Shown here: one piece after another, positions 30,141 to 38,753 of the stretch
How positions within the stretch are numbered: position 1 is the stretch's first letter
Layout: each line of letters begins with the position of its first letter
From: Promethearchaeota archaeon
Lineage (GTDB): Archaea; Asgardarchaeota; Lokiarchaeia; Sigyniarchaeales; SOKP01
Reading direction: 5' to 3'
NCBI GenBank assembly: GCA_048938445.1
Contig: JBHLME010000007.1
Coordinates: forward strand, 1-61,000
DNA: 61,000 nucleotides
Notes under the pieces: generated by a model
Databases searched by the model: none
The model's input: the letters and a program-made list of their open reading frames with translations, nothing else
What the model was told of the DNA's origin: nothing
Program-made: the position numbers and the translations under genes

Positions 30141-31751
30141 TTATTTATATGAATCAATTCCTGCCTTACAACCCATTGCTAAGAAATCTACCATGGTTCC
30201 ATTGTAGTCATTTTCAATCTTATAGTAGTGGCCATTAGGTGTGAAAGTAACTCCCCAAATTGCTTTCTTAGAATCACTTTGGAGAGGTGTTCTTTCTAGA
30301 AAATCTTTCATTAATGGATGAAAATGTACTGGTACATCTTCAGTTTTATCACATGACATCCCAAAACATAAACGTTCAATTTTATCTGAATTCCAGCTAA
30401 ATGTGTAATTTAAATGAGCGGCCTTCATGCATCCTTCCATCGCTTCCTTTGATACAGCTTTAAATCCCAGGTCTTCAACAAGTGCTACACAATTTTCATA
30501 AGATGATTTGGGTGGTTCTTTAAGCATGAAATAAATATTTACTGTCTTATGTAGAAAATCAAATGCAAATAGACTAAATGCTGTTAATCCATGCCTTTCA
30601 AAGTATTTTTTATAGTTCTTCATGCTTTCTGGTATATATTTCATTGAGAAAATTGGTTCAATTGAACCTGGAACAATAAATGGCCAGATTTTTGATAATC
30701 CTGTACTTGCATCTACATCTACACCATAACCCATCATTTGAAAAGTTTCCATGGTTTCCCTCATCATGCTATGAATCGGATGATCATCTTTTTCAATTAA
30801 TCCCTCATTAACAGCGTGTGTATAAGGATCTGGATCATGAGGCATGAAAAATTCAACATATCTAAGTGCAACATCTCTTTTTTCAACTGGTTTGGTTGTA
30901 GTTCGAATTGAGACTGGTGCTCCTGCAAAGAAATCTTTATAGGCTTCTATGGCTTTCTGAGCCGTGTTCTTATTGAATTTCACTCCTGTTATATCACAAA
31001 TTTTCTCAAAATCTATTAACATTTGATTCAAATCATTTGTACATTTAAAGTTAGATTGTACTTTAGCCAGATATCTATTATAATCAACTCCCATTTTTTC
31101 CAGATCCGCTGCCATAACCGGTTGAAATGCAGTAGGTGTAACTTCAAACAAAGCAACTATGAGATCTACTTCTGCTACAATCTTTCCTTGTCGCTCTTTA
31201 CATTTAATTTCAGTCTTTTCTAATAGTTCAGGTGCTACAACAGGTCTTACCATTTCTGGCATGTTTAAAACAACCTTATCATAGAGTTCTTTTACTTCTG
31301 GGGCCCATTCCATTGTACTAGACACAGCTGAATTATCAGTTATTGAAGCAGATCCAATTACTTTTTCATGAGCAACTACTTGTAGAGGTAATAAAGGAGC
31401 GCAAGCCATTAGTTTAGCCATATCCCCTTCAACCACGTAAATACCTTGCATGGTTGCTTCTATTGGATTTTGTTCTCCGTTAAATACCTTTCTCACGACT
31501 TCAAAATCAGCTTTATGAACGAGTTTAATATAATCTCCATTTTCAGGATTCTCACCCATCCCTCCACGAATACCATTTTTATCAAAAGCGTGCCAAAAGT
31601 TCAACTCTGGATGATCATTTAAACTATATTGGAATATAGTTGGTTCAATATTACTTAAAATCGGAGTAACATCGGGTAAAGCATTAAATGCTTTGGTTAA
31701 TTTTTCTATATAATCAGTCCAATTAGTTAAATCTCGCAATTCATTTATCAT
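30141..31751 (-). CDS. ABBA-type (NphB/CloQ family) aromatic prenyltransferase with N-terminal SCP2-like and DUF2621/PCP_red-like domains
   Basis: The C-terminal ~300 aa follow the NphB/CloQ motif order: DPY..AV.EGL....HPI, YGVD....GLSKIW, F.RHGL....FDF..KTVNIYF, LVEDLGF, YTFSWNSDKIERLCF, G.TFTP.GHYYKIE.DY. Confidence 0.85.
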   Translation of the reverse strand: MINELRDLTNWTDYIEKLTKAFNALPDVTPILSNIEPTIFQYSLNDHPELNFWHAFDKNGIRGGMGENPENGDYIKLVHKADFEVVRKVFNGEQNPIEATMQGIYVVEGDMAKLMACAPLLPLQVVAHEKVIGSASITDNSAVSSTMEWAPEVKELYDKVVLNMPEMVRPVVAPELLEKTEIKCKERQGKIVAEVDLIVALFEVTPTAFQPVMAADLEKMGVDYNRYLAKVQSNFKCTNDLNQMLIDFEKICDITGVKFNKNTAQKAIEAYKDFFAGAPVSIRTTTKPVEKRDVALRYVEFFMPHDPDPYTHAVNEGLIEKDDHPIHSMMRETMETFQMMGYGVDVDASTGLSKIWPFIVPGSIEPIFSMKYIPESMKNYKKYFERHGLTAFSLFAFDFLHKTVNIYFMLKEPPKSSYENCVALVEDLGFKAVSKEAMEGCMKAAHLNYTFSWNSDKIERLCFGMSCDKTEDVPVHFHPLMKDFLERTPLQSDSKKAIWGVTFTPNGHYYKIENDYNGTMVDFLAMGCKAGIDSYK

Positions 31752-32167
31752 ATTCTTAACCTCTTTTATAATTTATTTTCTTTAAATTTTTTTTAATTAT
31801 TTATTACTTTTTCATGAGCTACTACTTGTAATGGTAAAAAGGGAGCGCAAGCCATTAATTTAGTCATATCCCCATCAACCACATAAAGTCCTGCCATAGT
31901 AGCTTGGACAGGATTTTGTTCTCCAGAAAAAACTTTTCTCACGATATCAAAGTTAGCTTTATGGATGAGTTTGATATAATCTGTATCTTCTGTATTTTCA
32001 CCCATCCCTCCTCGAATACCATTTTTATCAAAAGCGTGCCAAAAGTTCAGCTCTGGATGATCATTAAGATTATATTGGAAAATAGTAGGTTCTACATTTG
32101 TTAATAGTGGTTTGATTTCTGGTAAATCATTAAATTCTTTTGTTAACCTTGTTATATAATCCGTCCA
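31356..32167. repeat. Direct repeat of a 366-bp SCP2-like domain (31356-31721 and 31802-32167)
   Basis: Two copies offset by 446 nt. Hand alignment gives 96/122 identical residues. They share the identical stretch cgaataccatttttatcaaaagcgtgccaaaagttca. Confidence 0.9.
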
Positions 32168-33304
32168 TTCGCTAATATCTAATAATTTATGTTCCTTAGA
32201 TGCGGAAACATCAATAGTATCGCTACAAGGACAACGTGTGCATATCGGTAAAAGTTTATCATTTATCATCCCCTGACGAAATTTACGTATTTGATCTGAA
32301 TCCCACACTTCAGTTAATGGTTTCTCAGTTATATTGCCAAAACTTTTTACTATATATGGACAGTTATAGACGGAACCATCTGGTCCCACATTTGGTGTTA
32401 GTGGCGGCATTAAAGTTAATTGACAGATCGGTTGTTCTTGTTCTCTTAGGGTTCTCCTCCAATAAATTTCAGGATGATCCCCAAAAAATTTTGAGAAAAA
32501 CATTACTTGAATTCCAGATTTCTTCCCTTCTTCTTTCGCAGCATTTATACTATTGATTAATTGTTGTTCTGTATATGATAATTCTCCAACATGTCCATTA
32601 ATCTCAACATCCTCACCAATCCATTTTTTCATTAATTTTTTAGATTCTTTTATCTCATCTTCAGTGATTACATGTCCAAAGATAAAATTTACAGATCCTA
32701 CACCTAATTCAGCACCTAATTTAACCATATCGGGCAATACGTTAACATTTTCATTGACAATAGTGCAATGAATCCATGTCGACAAACCTGCATCTACAAG
32801 CATTTTAATAGCATCTATAGATTTTTGGGGCGCTTTTGTTGAACCCCGGATCTTGCCATCTATTTCACCTGGTGCATTCAATGATACCTGAATATTGACA
32901 AAATTCTCTAATGCTGCTAAACGTTTCACAATAGATTCAGTTATCATCGTACCATTTGTAGACATTATTTGATTTATTCCTTGAGCATCAAAATATTCGA
33001 TCATTTCTATCATTTCATTAATAACGAATGGTTCACCCCCTAAATGGAATAAAACCTTCGCATCCTTAAATCCTTCTTTAATTTGCTCTAATGACATGGA
33101 TGGAATCTTACGGCCTTTCATGTGTTTTACAAGGCACATGTAGCAATTTAAATTGCAATTGTAACTAGCATAAAAACACACATCACCAAGACCACCAGAA
33201 AGTCCATTTTCTCCAATTTTTTTTATAACTTCTAAGGGAGTATCCTTTCCCAATGGCATGGCTTCACGAAGTGATACACCACATCCTATTTGTTCTTCAT
33301 TCAT
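31793..33304 (-). CDS. Radical SAM / twitch-SPASM protein with C-terminal SCP2-like domain
   Basis: CNLNCYMC, GGEPF, STNG, IRG, C...PDGSVYNCP..FGNI....L.EVW...CTRC, then the SCP2-like domain. Confidence 0.9.
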   Translation of the reverse strand: MNEEQIGCGVSLREAMPLGKDTPLEVIKKIGENGLSGGLGDVCFYASYNCNLNCYMCLVKHMKGRKIPSMSLEQIKEGFKDAKVLFHLGGEPFVINEMIEMIEYFDAQGINQIMSTNGTMITESIVKRLAALENFVNIQVSLNAPGEIDGKIRGSTKAPQKSIDAIKMLVDAGLSTWIHCTIVNENVNVLPDMVKLGAELGVGSVNFIFGHVITEDEIKESKKLMKKWIGEDVEINGHVGELSYTEQQLINSINAAKEEGKKSGIQVMFFSKFFGDHPEIYWRRTLREQEQPICQLTLMPPLTPNVGPDGSVYNCPYIVKSFGNITEKPLTEVWDSDQIRKFRQGMINDKLLPICTRCPCSDTIDVSASKEHKLLDISEWTDYITRLTKEFNDLPEIKPLLTNVEPTIFQYNLNDHPELNFWHAFDKNGIRGGMGENTEDTDYIKLIHKANFDIVRKVFSGEQNPVQATMAGLYVVDGDMTKLMACAPFLPLQVVAHEKVINN

Positions 33305-33338
33305 ATTTTATTCACTTTTTTTGTCTTTTTTTGGTTTT

Positions 33339-34754
33339 TTATTTTTGATATAATGCAAATTGAACATTGCTCATTTCATCAAATCCTTCTGGATTATTGA
33401 ATCCCAGTCCAGGCATCATCCATCTTGGATTTGCTTTACCATAATTTCTTACAACTTTAAAAAGATCTACCTCTTTGATCTTTGGAGATATATAAAATCT
33501 TGGTTTTAGTAGATTTTCTCCTAATTGTATGATTCCTTCTTCTTCGGCTATTAGCTGAAGGGGTGTATGGGGATAAATTCTCATCCCTACAAAGACTATT
33601 ACATCTCCATCTCCTTGCCACAAGTTCCCTTTATGACTTTTTATTGATTCAAGCCTATCTAAGGAAGCTTGAACCGTTTCGAGAGTCTCTCCCGGACCTC
33701 CAACAATAATATGAATTAATTGTTCTATCTCCAAATCTACACATTTTTCTGATGTAAGGATTGCATCATCGGGAGATCTCTTCTTGTTCATGTTTTCCAA
33801 CATTTCTTCAGATAAGGATTCGATACCTGTTGCAAAATGAACTGCACCACTCTCTTTCATCAAGGGCATTAAATCAAGAAATTCTTTACTTGGAACATAG
33901 TTAGCACCCCATTTTACATCGATTTTAGAGTTTATAATTTCTTGGCAAGTGTTCCTTACATGATTATGATTTAAATTAAATATACTATCAACAAAAAATA
34001 AGTTTTTTATTCCATAATTATTTACCATTAATTCAAGCTCTGTTGCGATACTTTTAGGAGACCGATACCGAACATTTGAACCTTCAATATATCTATAACT
34101 ACAATAAATGCAATTCATTGGGCATCCACGCTTGCTTTGAATGTTTCCCCAAGTAACATTAGATTTTTTCAATGGATCAATAAAATAGGCATCATTTTCC
34201 AATAATTCTCTTGTAGGTATAGGAAGATCATCTAGATTTTCAACACGCCATGGTGGCTTCTGATGATATTTTCCATTTTTATCTATGAAACATATGCCTT
34301 TCTCTAGGTTCCTAATATCTTCATCATTTTCGATTTTCTTTAATATTTCAGCTAATACATATTCTCCATCACCAACCACGCCAATATCATGATTCAAATC
34401 CCTAAGAATTTCTTCTGAAAATATTGAAAAACCCGCGCCACCTAAAATGATAGGGATCTCTGGTTCTACAAGGTCTTTTATAAATTGAATTATATTTTTG
34501 ACCGGTAAGTAAAAAAATAGATTTCCGGGGTATGTCGTTGAGTCAACGTTTCGAATTGAAATACCTATTAATTGCGGAGAAAAATCATCAATTATCTTTG
34601 AAATATCCCTTTTATGATCATTACTTAATGTTAAATCAATCAACTTTACTTCATGACCTTGATTAAGGAGATACGCTGCTATATATGCTTCTCCTATGGG
34701 TGGAACCATGACGTGAACTATTTCCCGACTTCCGGAGATTATTAACACTCTCAT
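33339..34754 (-). CDS. Cobalamin-dependent radical SAM protein (resembles the 'lipid biosynthesis B12-binding/radical SAM' family)
   Basis: PPIG, GISIRNVD, ILGGAGFSIF, QSKRGCPMNCIYC, FVDSIFN, GGPGET, GMRIYPHTPL, LLKPRFYISP. Confidence 0.88.
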   Translation of the reverse strand: MRVLIISGSREIVHVMVPPIGEAYIAAYLLNQGHEVKLIDLTLSNDHKRDISKIIDDFSPQLIGISIRNVDSTTYPGNLFFYLPVKNIIQFIKDLVEPEIPIILGGAGFSIFSEEILRDLNHDIGVVGDGEYVLAEILKKIENDEDIRNLEKGICFIDKNGKYHQKPPWRVENLDDLPIPTRELLENDAYFIDPLKKSNVTWGNIQSKRGCPMNCIYCSYRYIEGSNVRYRSPKSIATELELMVNNYGIKNLFFVDSIFNLNHNHVRNTCQEIINSKIDVKWGANYVPSKEFLDLMPLMKESGAVHFATGIESLSEEMLENMNKKRSPDDAILTSEKCVDLEIEQLIHIIVGGPGETLETVQASLDRLESIKSHKGNLWQGDGDVIVFVGMRIYPHTPLQLIAEEEGIIQLGENLLKPRFYISPKIKEVDLFKVVRNYGKANPRWMMPGLGFNNPEGFDEMSNVQFALYQK

Positions 34755-34787
34755 TCTTTTTTACCTTCCTTTTTCACACTTTAAATT

Positions 34788-36188
34788 TTATTCAATTAAT
34801 TCAATTTCTTCTTCTAAAACATTTTCCACTTTATGATCATGGTCGTTTTCATGCCAACAAAAAGGGAACGATCCAAAAAAATCACCTGTGATATATTCAG
34901 CAGTCACACGACAACCGCCTCCACAATATTTGAGATGATGGCAAGATGCACACTTTCCCTTTATTTTCTTTCTATCCCGAATATCCTTATAGAGTTGGGA
35001 ATTTAATACATCTTCAAAATTATCTTTTAATGCATTTCCAAGGGTTAATTTTGTTGGATATCCAGCAGGATATATTGTTCCATCTATACCAATTCCCATC
35101 ATCGTCCTACAAGCAAGACAACCAACTCCCCATTCAATTGCAGCCAGTTCCTTATCGTCTTTGGGTTGTTCCATAAAAGGCATCATGTCATATATTTCAT
35201 AAGCGGGTAAAGTACCAGCATCACCTTTTTTTATTGTTTCTATAGCATGCTTGTATTTAAAATCATACATCTTTTTGTATTCTTCCGTATTGAGACCAAT
35301 TTCATCCCAATATTCAGCAGCTCGATTTTGTTTTACCACGCATCTAAAATATGGTTGTGAACCCCATTTTTCTGACAATTCTTTAAGTTCTTCAAGCTCA
35401 TCAACATTTTGTTTCATGATTGTAATTGATGAGCAGACAAAAATCCCATATTTCAAACAAACATCAATTGCTTTTTTAGCATATTCTAAGGAATTGGGAA
35501 ATCCTCGAAGTTCATCATTTTTTTTTGGATCAGAACTGTCAAAACTGACGAATACATGACTGATATTGTTTTCCTTACACATTTTGGCAAAATTTTCATC
35601 AAACCTTACACCATTGGTAATGAGCGCATGGATGTAATCCTTATCTTTACAAAATTTCATGATCTCCCCAATATCTTTTCTTAGAGTAGGTTCACCACCA
35701 AACCATACAAAACAAGCATGTCTTCCTTGTTTTCTTAAGCCTTCTTCAACATTTTCTATGATATGGCACCATTCTTTCGCTGATATTTCGGGACGAGGTA
35801 TGTGATCATCCGCTGCACAATGAAGACATTTTTGATTACACTTATCCGTAAGATACATCGCAAAATGGATATTACCTGGATGAAATCCTCTTTCCAACTT
35901 TTGCCAAGACACTTTCAGGCGATCTTTTATATCCTTGAGTTCAATGTATCGATCAACATCAATCCCTAATGATGTCAAGTCTTCAACCATTATGGATTTA
36001 AATGCTTCTGGAATGATATCAAATATCCCCATAACAACATCAGCATCATTAATATAAGCACCATTTCTATCCAGGCATCGATTTTCAGCGGCTTCTACTA
36101 TTAAGGGTTCTACAGAAGGACGGAATCCTTGTGGCATTTGTTCAACAATTCTACCAAACAATACTTGCGTTTCTTTTTCCCATTCCAT
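34788..36188 (-). CDS. Radical SAM/SPASM protein with N-terminal DUF2621/PCP_red-like module
   Basis: CNQKCLHC, FGGEPTLR, TNG, SFD; SPASM CASCHHLKYCGGGCR...PFC. GAGGTGA precedes the start. Confidence 0.9.
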   Translation of the reverse strand: MEWEKETQVLFGRIVEQMPQGFRPSVEPLIVEAAENRCLDRNGAYINDADVVMGIFDIIPEAFKSIMVEDLTSLGIDVDRYIELKDIKDRLKVSWQKLERGFHPGNIHFAMYLTDKCNQKCLHCAADDHIPRPEISAKEWCHIIENVEEGLRKQGRHACFVWFGGEPTLRKDIGEIMKFCKDKDYIHALITNGVRFDENFAKMCKENNISHVFVSFDSSDPKKNDELRGFPNSLEYAKKAIDVCLKYGIFVCSSITIMKQNVDELEELKELSEKWGSQPYFRCVVKQNRAAEYWDEIGLNTEEYKKMYDFKYKHAIETIKKGDAGTLPAYEIYDMMPFMEQPKDDKELAAIEWGVGCLACRTMMGIGIDGTIYPAGYPTKLTLGNALKDNFEDVLNSQLYKDIRDRKKIKGKCASCHHLKYCGGGCRVTAEYITGDFFGSFPFCWHENDHDHKVENVLEEEIELIE

Positions 36189-36199
36189 AAAATTTCACC

Positions 36200-37597
36200 T
36201 CAGATTTGTTTTTGAACAATCGATTTTTCACTAAGATAATCTTCATGTTCATGATCATCATCATGCCAGCAGAAAGGTAGAGCTGCTAAAAAATCACCTG
36301 TTTCATTTTCAGCATGCACCCTACAACCACCACCACACATCTCGAGATGATGACAAGTTGAGCATCTTCCTTTTATCTTCCTATCTCTAATAGCTTTAAA
36401 CATGTCAGAATCCATAATTTCTTGAAAGCTTTGTGTTAAAACATTGCCTAAAGTTAACTGAGAGGGATAATCACAAGGGAAGAAATCTCCATTTACATCG
36501 ATACCCGATACAGACCTACAAGCTTGGCATCCTACACCCCATTCTAATGCAGTTCGTTCTTCATCCGTGCGAGGGCATTCCATAAAGGGAACCATATCAT
36601 AAGTATAAACCTTGTTGAGAAAATTGGCTTCACCTTTCCTAACAGCTTCAACTACATGCTTAAACTTGAAGTCATAAAATTGGCGATATTGATCATAATC
36701 CAATCCGATATCTTCCCAATTTTTCTCTGCTGTTCTTTGCTTGATAACTGCTCTAAAATAAGGTAATGCACCCATAGATTCTAATTTCTCTTGGATTTTA
36801 TCTAACTCATCAAAATTCTCTTGTTGAACTGTGGCGGTACAAATAACGAGATGACCATAGTCAAGTGCTAATTTAATAGCTTTTTCAGCAGCTTCTTGTG
36901 CTTTTGGATGCCCTCTTATTTTAGCAGCCCTTTCGGGATAAACACTATCATAGCTTATGAATACGTGATGCATCTTAACATCAGCACATAGTTTAGCTAA
37001 GTCTTCATTAAATAATAGACCATTTGTAGAAATTGCTTGAAAATATCCTTTTTCACCAGTATATTTAATAAGTTCTTTAATATCATTGCGAAGAGTGGGT
37101 TCTCCTCCAAACCAAATATAGCAACCTCGACGATCTTGTTTGCGTAATGTTTGTTCAACATTTTCTAAAATATCAATCCATTGTTCTGTCGATAATTCTG
37201 GACGTTTACCCATTAATTCAGCAGCACAATGAAGACATTTTTGATTGCATCGATCAGTTAAATACATGGTAAAATGATATACTCCTGGGGCCCATGCTCC
37301 TCCTATATCATCCCATGTGCGAGCATATGCTTTTCTCGCTTCAGATAATTTTATATATCGATCTGTATCAATCCCTAGTTTCGTCAAATCTTGTACAACA
37401 GCAGGTTGAAATGCCTCTGGCGTTATTTCAAATAATGCCGATAATAAATCATCCTTATTGACATATCCAGAATTCCTCAACCGTGCTGTCTTTTCAGCAG
37501 CCTCATGGAGCATTGGTGCTATTGATGCACGGAACATTTCAGGTGTCTGCGCCATGATTACATCATACATTCCTTTAATTTCTTTTTTCCATTCCAT
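36200..37597 (-). CDS. Radical SAM/SPASM protein with N-terminal DUF2621/PCP_red-like module, paralog of 34788-36188
   Basis: CNQKCLHC, FGGEPTLR, STNG; SPASM CQAC...GDFFPC...CSTCHHLEMCGGGCR...PFC. Confidence 0.9.
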   Translation of the reverse strand: MEWKKEIKGMYDVIMAQTPEMFRASIAPMLHEAAEKTARLRNSGYVNKDDLLSALFEITPEAFQPAVVQDLTKLGIDTDRYIKLSEARKAYARTWDDIGGAWAPGVYHFTMYLTDRCNQKCLHCAAELMGKRPELSTEQWIDILENVEQTLRKQDRRGCYIWFGGEPTLRNDIKELIKYTGEKGYFQAISTNGLLFNEDLAKLCADVKMHHVFISYDSVYPERAAKIRGHPKAQEAAEKAIKLALDYGHLVICTATVQQENFDELDKIQEKLESMGALPYFRAVIKQRTAEKNWEDIGLDYDQYRQFYDFKFKHVVEAVRKGEANFLNKVYTYDMVPFMECPRTDEERTALEWGVGCQACRSVSGIDVNGDFFPCDYPSQLTLGNVLTQSFQEIMDSDMFKAIRDRKIKGRCSTCHHLEMCGGGCRVHAENETGDFLAALPFCWHDDDHEHEDYLSEKSIVQKQI

Positions 37598-37702
37598 ATT
37601 AATACACTTCTTTAGGTTTTAAAAATACGTATTTTATTTTTTTAAATTTAAGTTTAAAATGCAAATTATTTTTGAATCTATAATATATTGAAAATTTCAT
37701 TA

Positions 37703-38446
37703 TTAGATTACCCTCATTTGTTTAAAATCTTTATTAAAATCAGAATAATTATTAATTATGAGATGAGGAATATGAAAGGTTGAGTAATAAAAACTTGATC
37801 CCAAAAATCCATGAAGAAAATAAGAAGAAACAGTACTTCCATGAAATTTATTATATTGGAATTCAACTTTTTGATAAAAATTAGTATTTTTTATTTTTGT
37901 TTTTTTCCAAAATCTAAATAAAGTAGGGGCTTTTCCTTTTATTTTGGGAAATTGTCTAATGTAATTCTCAGTAGGATCATTATAGAGGTCACCTTTCTGC
38001 TCAACATTTGGTTTAAGCATGGTGGGTTGATATGTTATGGGAATGGATGATTCTTCTGATGTTTGAGAATCATCATTAGTATTAAGCTCACAAAAATCTA
38101 TATATAGGTATATTTGGAACTTCCTGCTAATAAACACGACTTTTATGTAATGATAAAAGGTCGTGTCAAGGAGAAACAAAAGATTTATTATAATAATAAG
38201 ATCTATCAAATGTCCAAGGGTAAATCCCCCTAGATTAGAAGATGATGGAATAGATGGAATTATCTCAATTCTCGGAAAATATGGAAAAAATAGAGAATTA
38301 CCAGATAAAATATAATCCTGAAAAAATATTGAAAAAACAGAAGTGTTTGTTAATTGTAAATATATGAATATAACTGGAAGCAATGAGAGAAATGAAATAA
38401 CTAAGAATAGTGCTATAAATTTAATGTTTTTTTTCTCTTTATGCAT
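37703..38446 (-). CDS. Hypothetical membrane protein upstream of the operon
   Basis: 247-aa ORF with two hydrophobic segments and atypical composition; no motif recognised. Confidence 0.45.
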   Translation of the reverse strand: MHKEKKNIKFIALFLVISFLSLLPVIFIYLQLTNTSVFSIFFQDYILSGNSLFFPYFPRIEIIPSIPSSSNLGGFTLGHLIDLIIIINLLFLLDTTFYHYIKVVFISRKFQIYLYIDFCELNTNDDSQTSEESSIPITYQPTMLKPNVEQKGDLYNDPTENYIRQFPKIKGKAPTLFRFWKKTKIKNTNFYQKVEFQYNKFHGSTVSSYFLHGFLGSSFYYSTFHIPHLIINNYSDFNKDFKQMRVI

Positions 38447-38753
38447 TTTTTGTCATTTATTCTGTGAGTATTCAAGATTTATTCTAATTTTGAATATAAT
38501 TACACTAGTTGCATTTTTTAAAAAGTTAATGTAAAAAAAAAAAAGTTTAGATTTTGAAAAATAATATTTATTTTGAGAATGCATTACACTTCAAAAACAA
38601 CAATTAAAAGTATTGTTCTTTATAAAATAAAAAATTTTAAATTTATTAGATTTTTTTGTAGTAATCCAAGATGAAAAAAGCATAAAGATTATAATAAGCC
38701 ACTTCTTTTGTATTTAAAGCAAGATTATTCAAACCAAAAGGAATGAACTAAAT

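Noticed and set aside
25377-38753. RiPP cluster interpretation (SPASM + prenyltransferase)
   Set aside because: No short precursor ORF, PqqD-like RRE, peptidase or exporter was seen. The prenyltransferase resembles small-molecule NphB/CloQ rather than cyanobactin F enzymes, and the SCP2 domains favour a lipid substrate. Not fully excluded.
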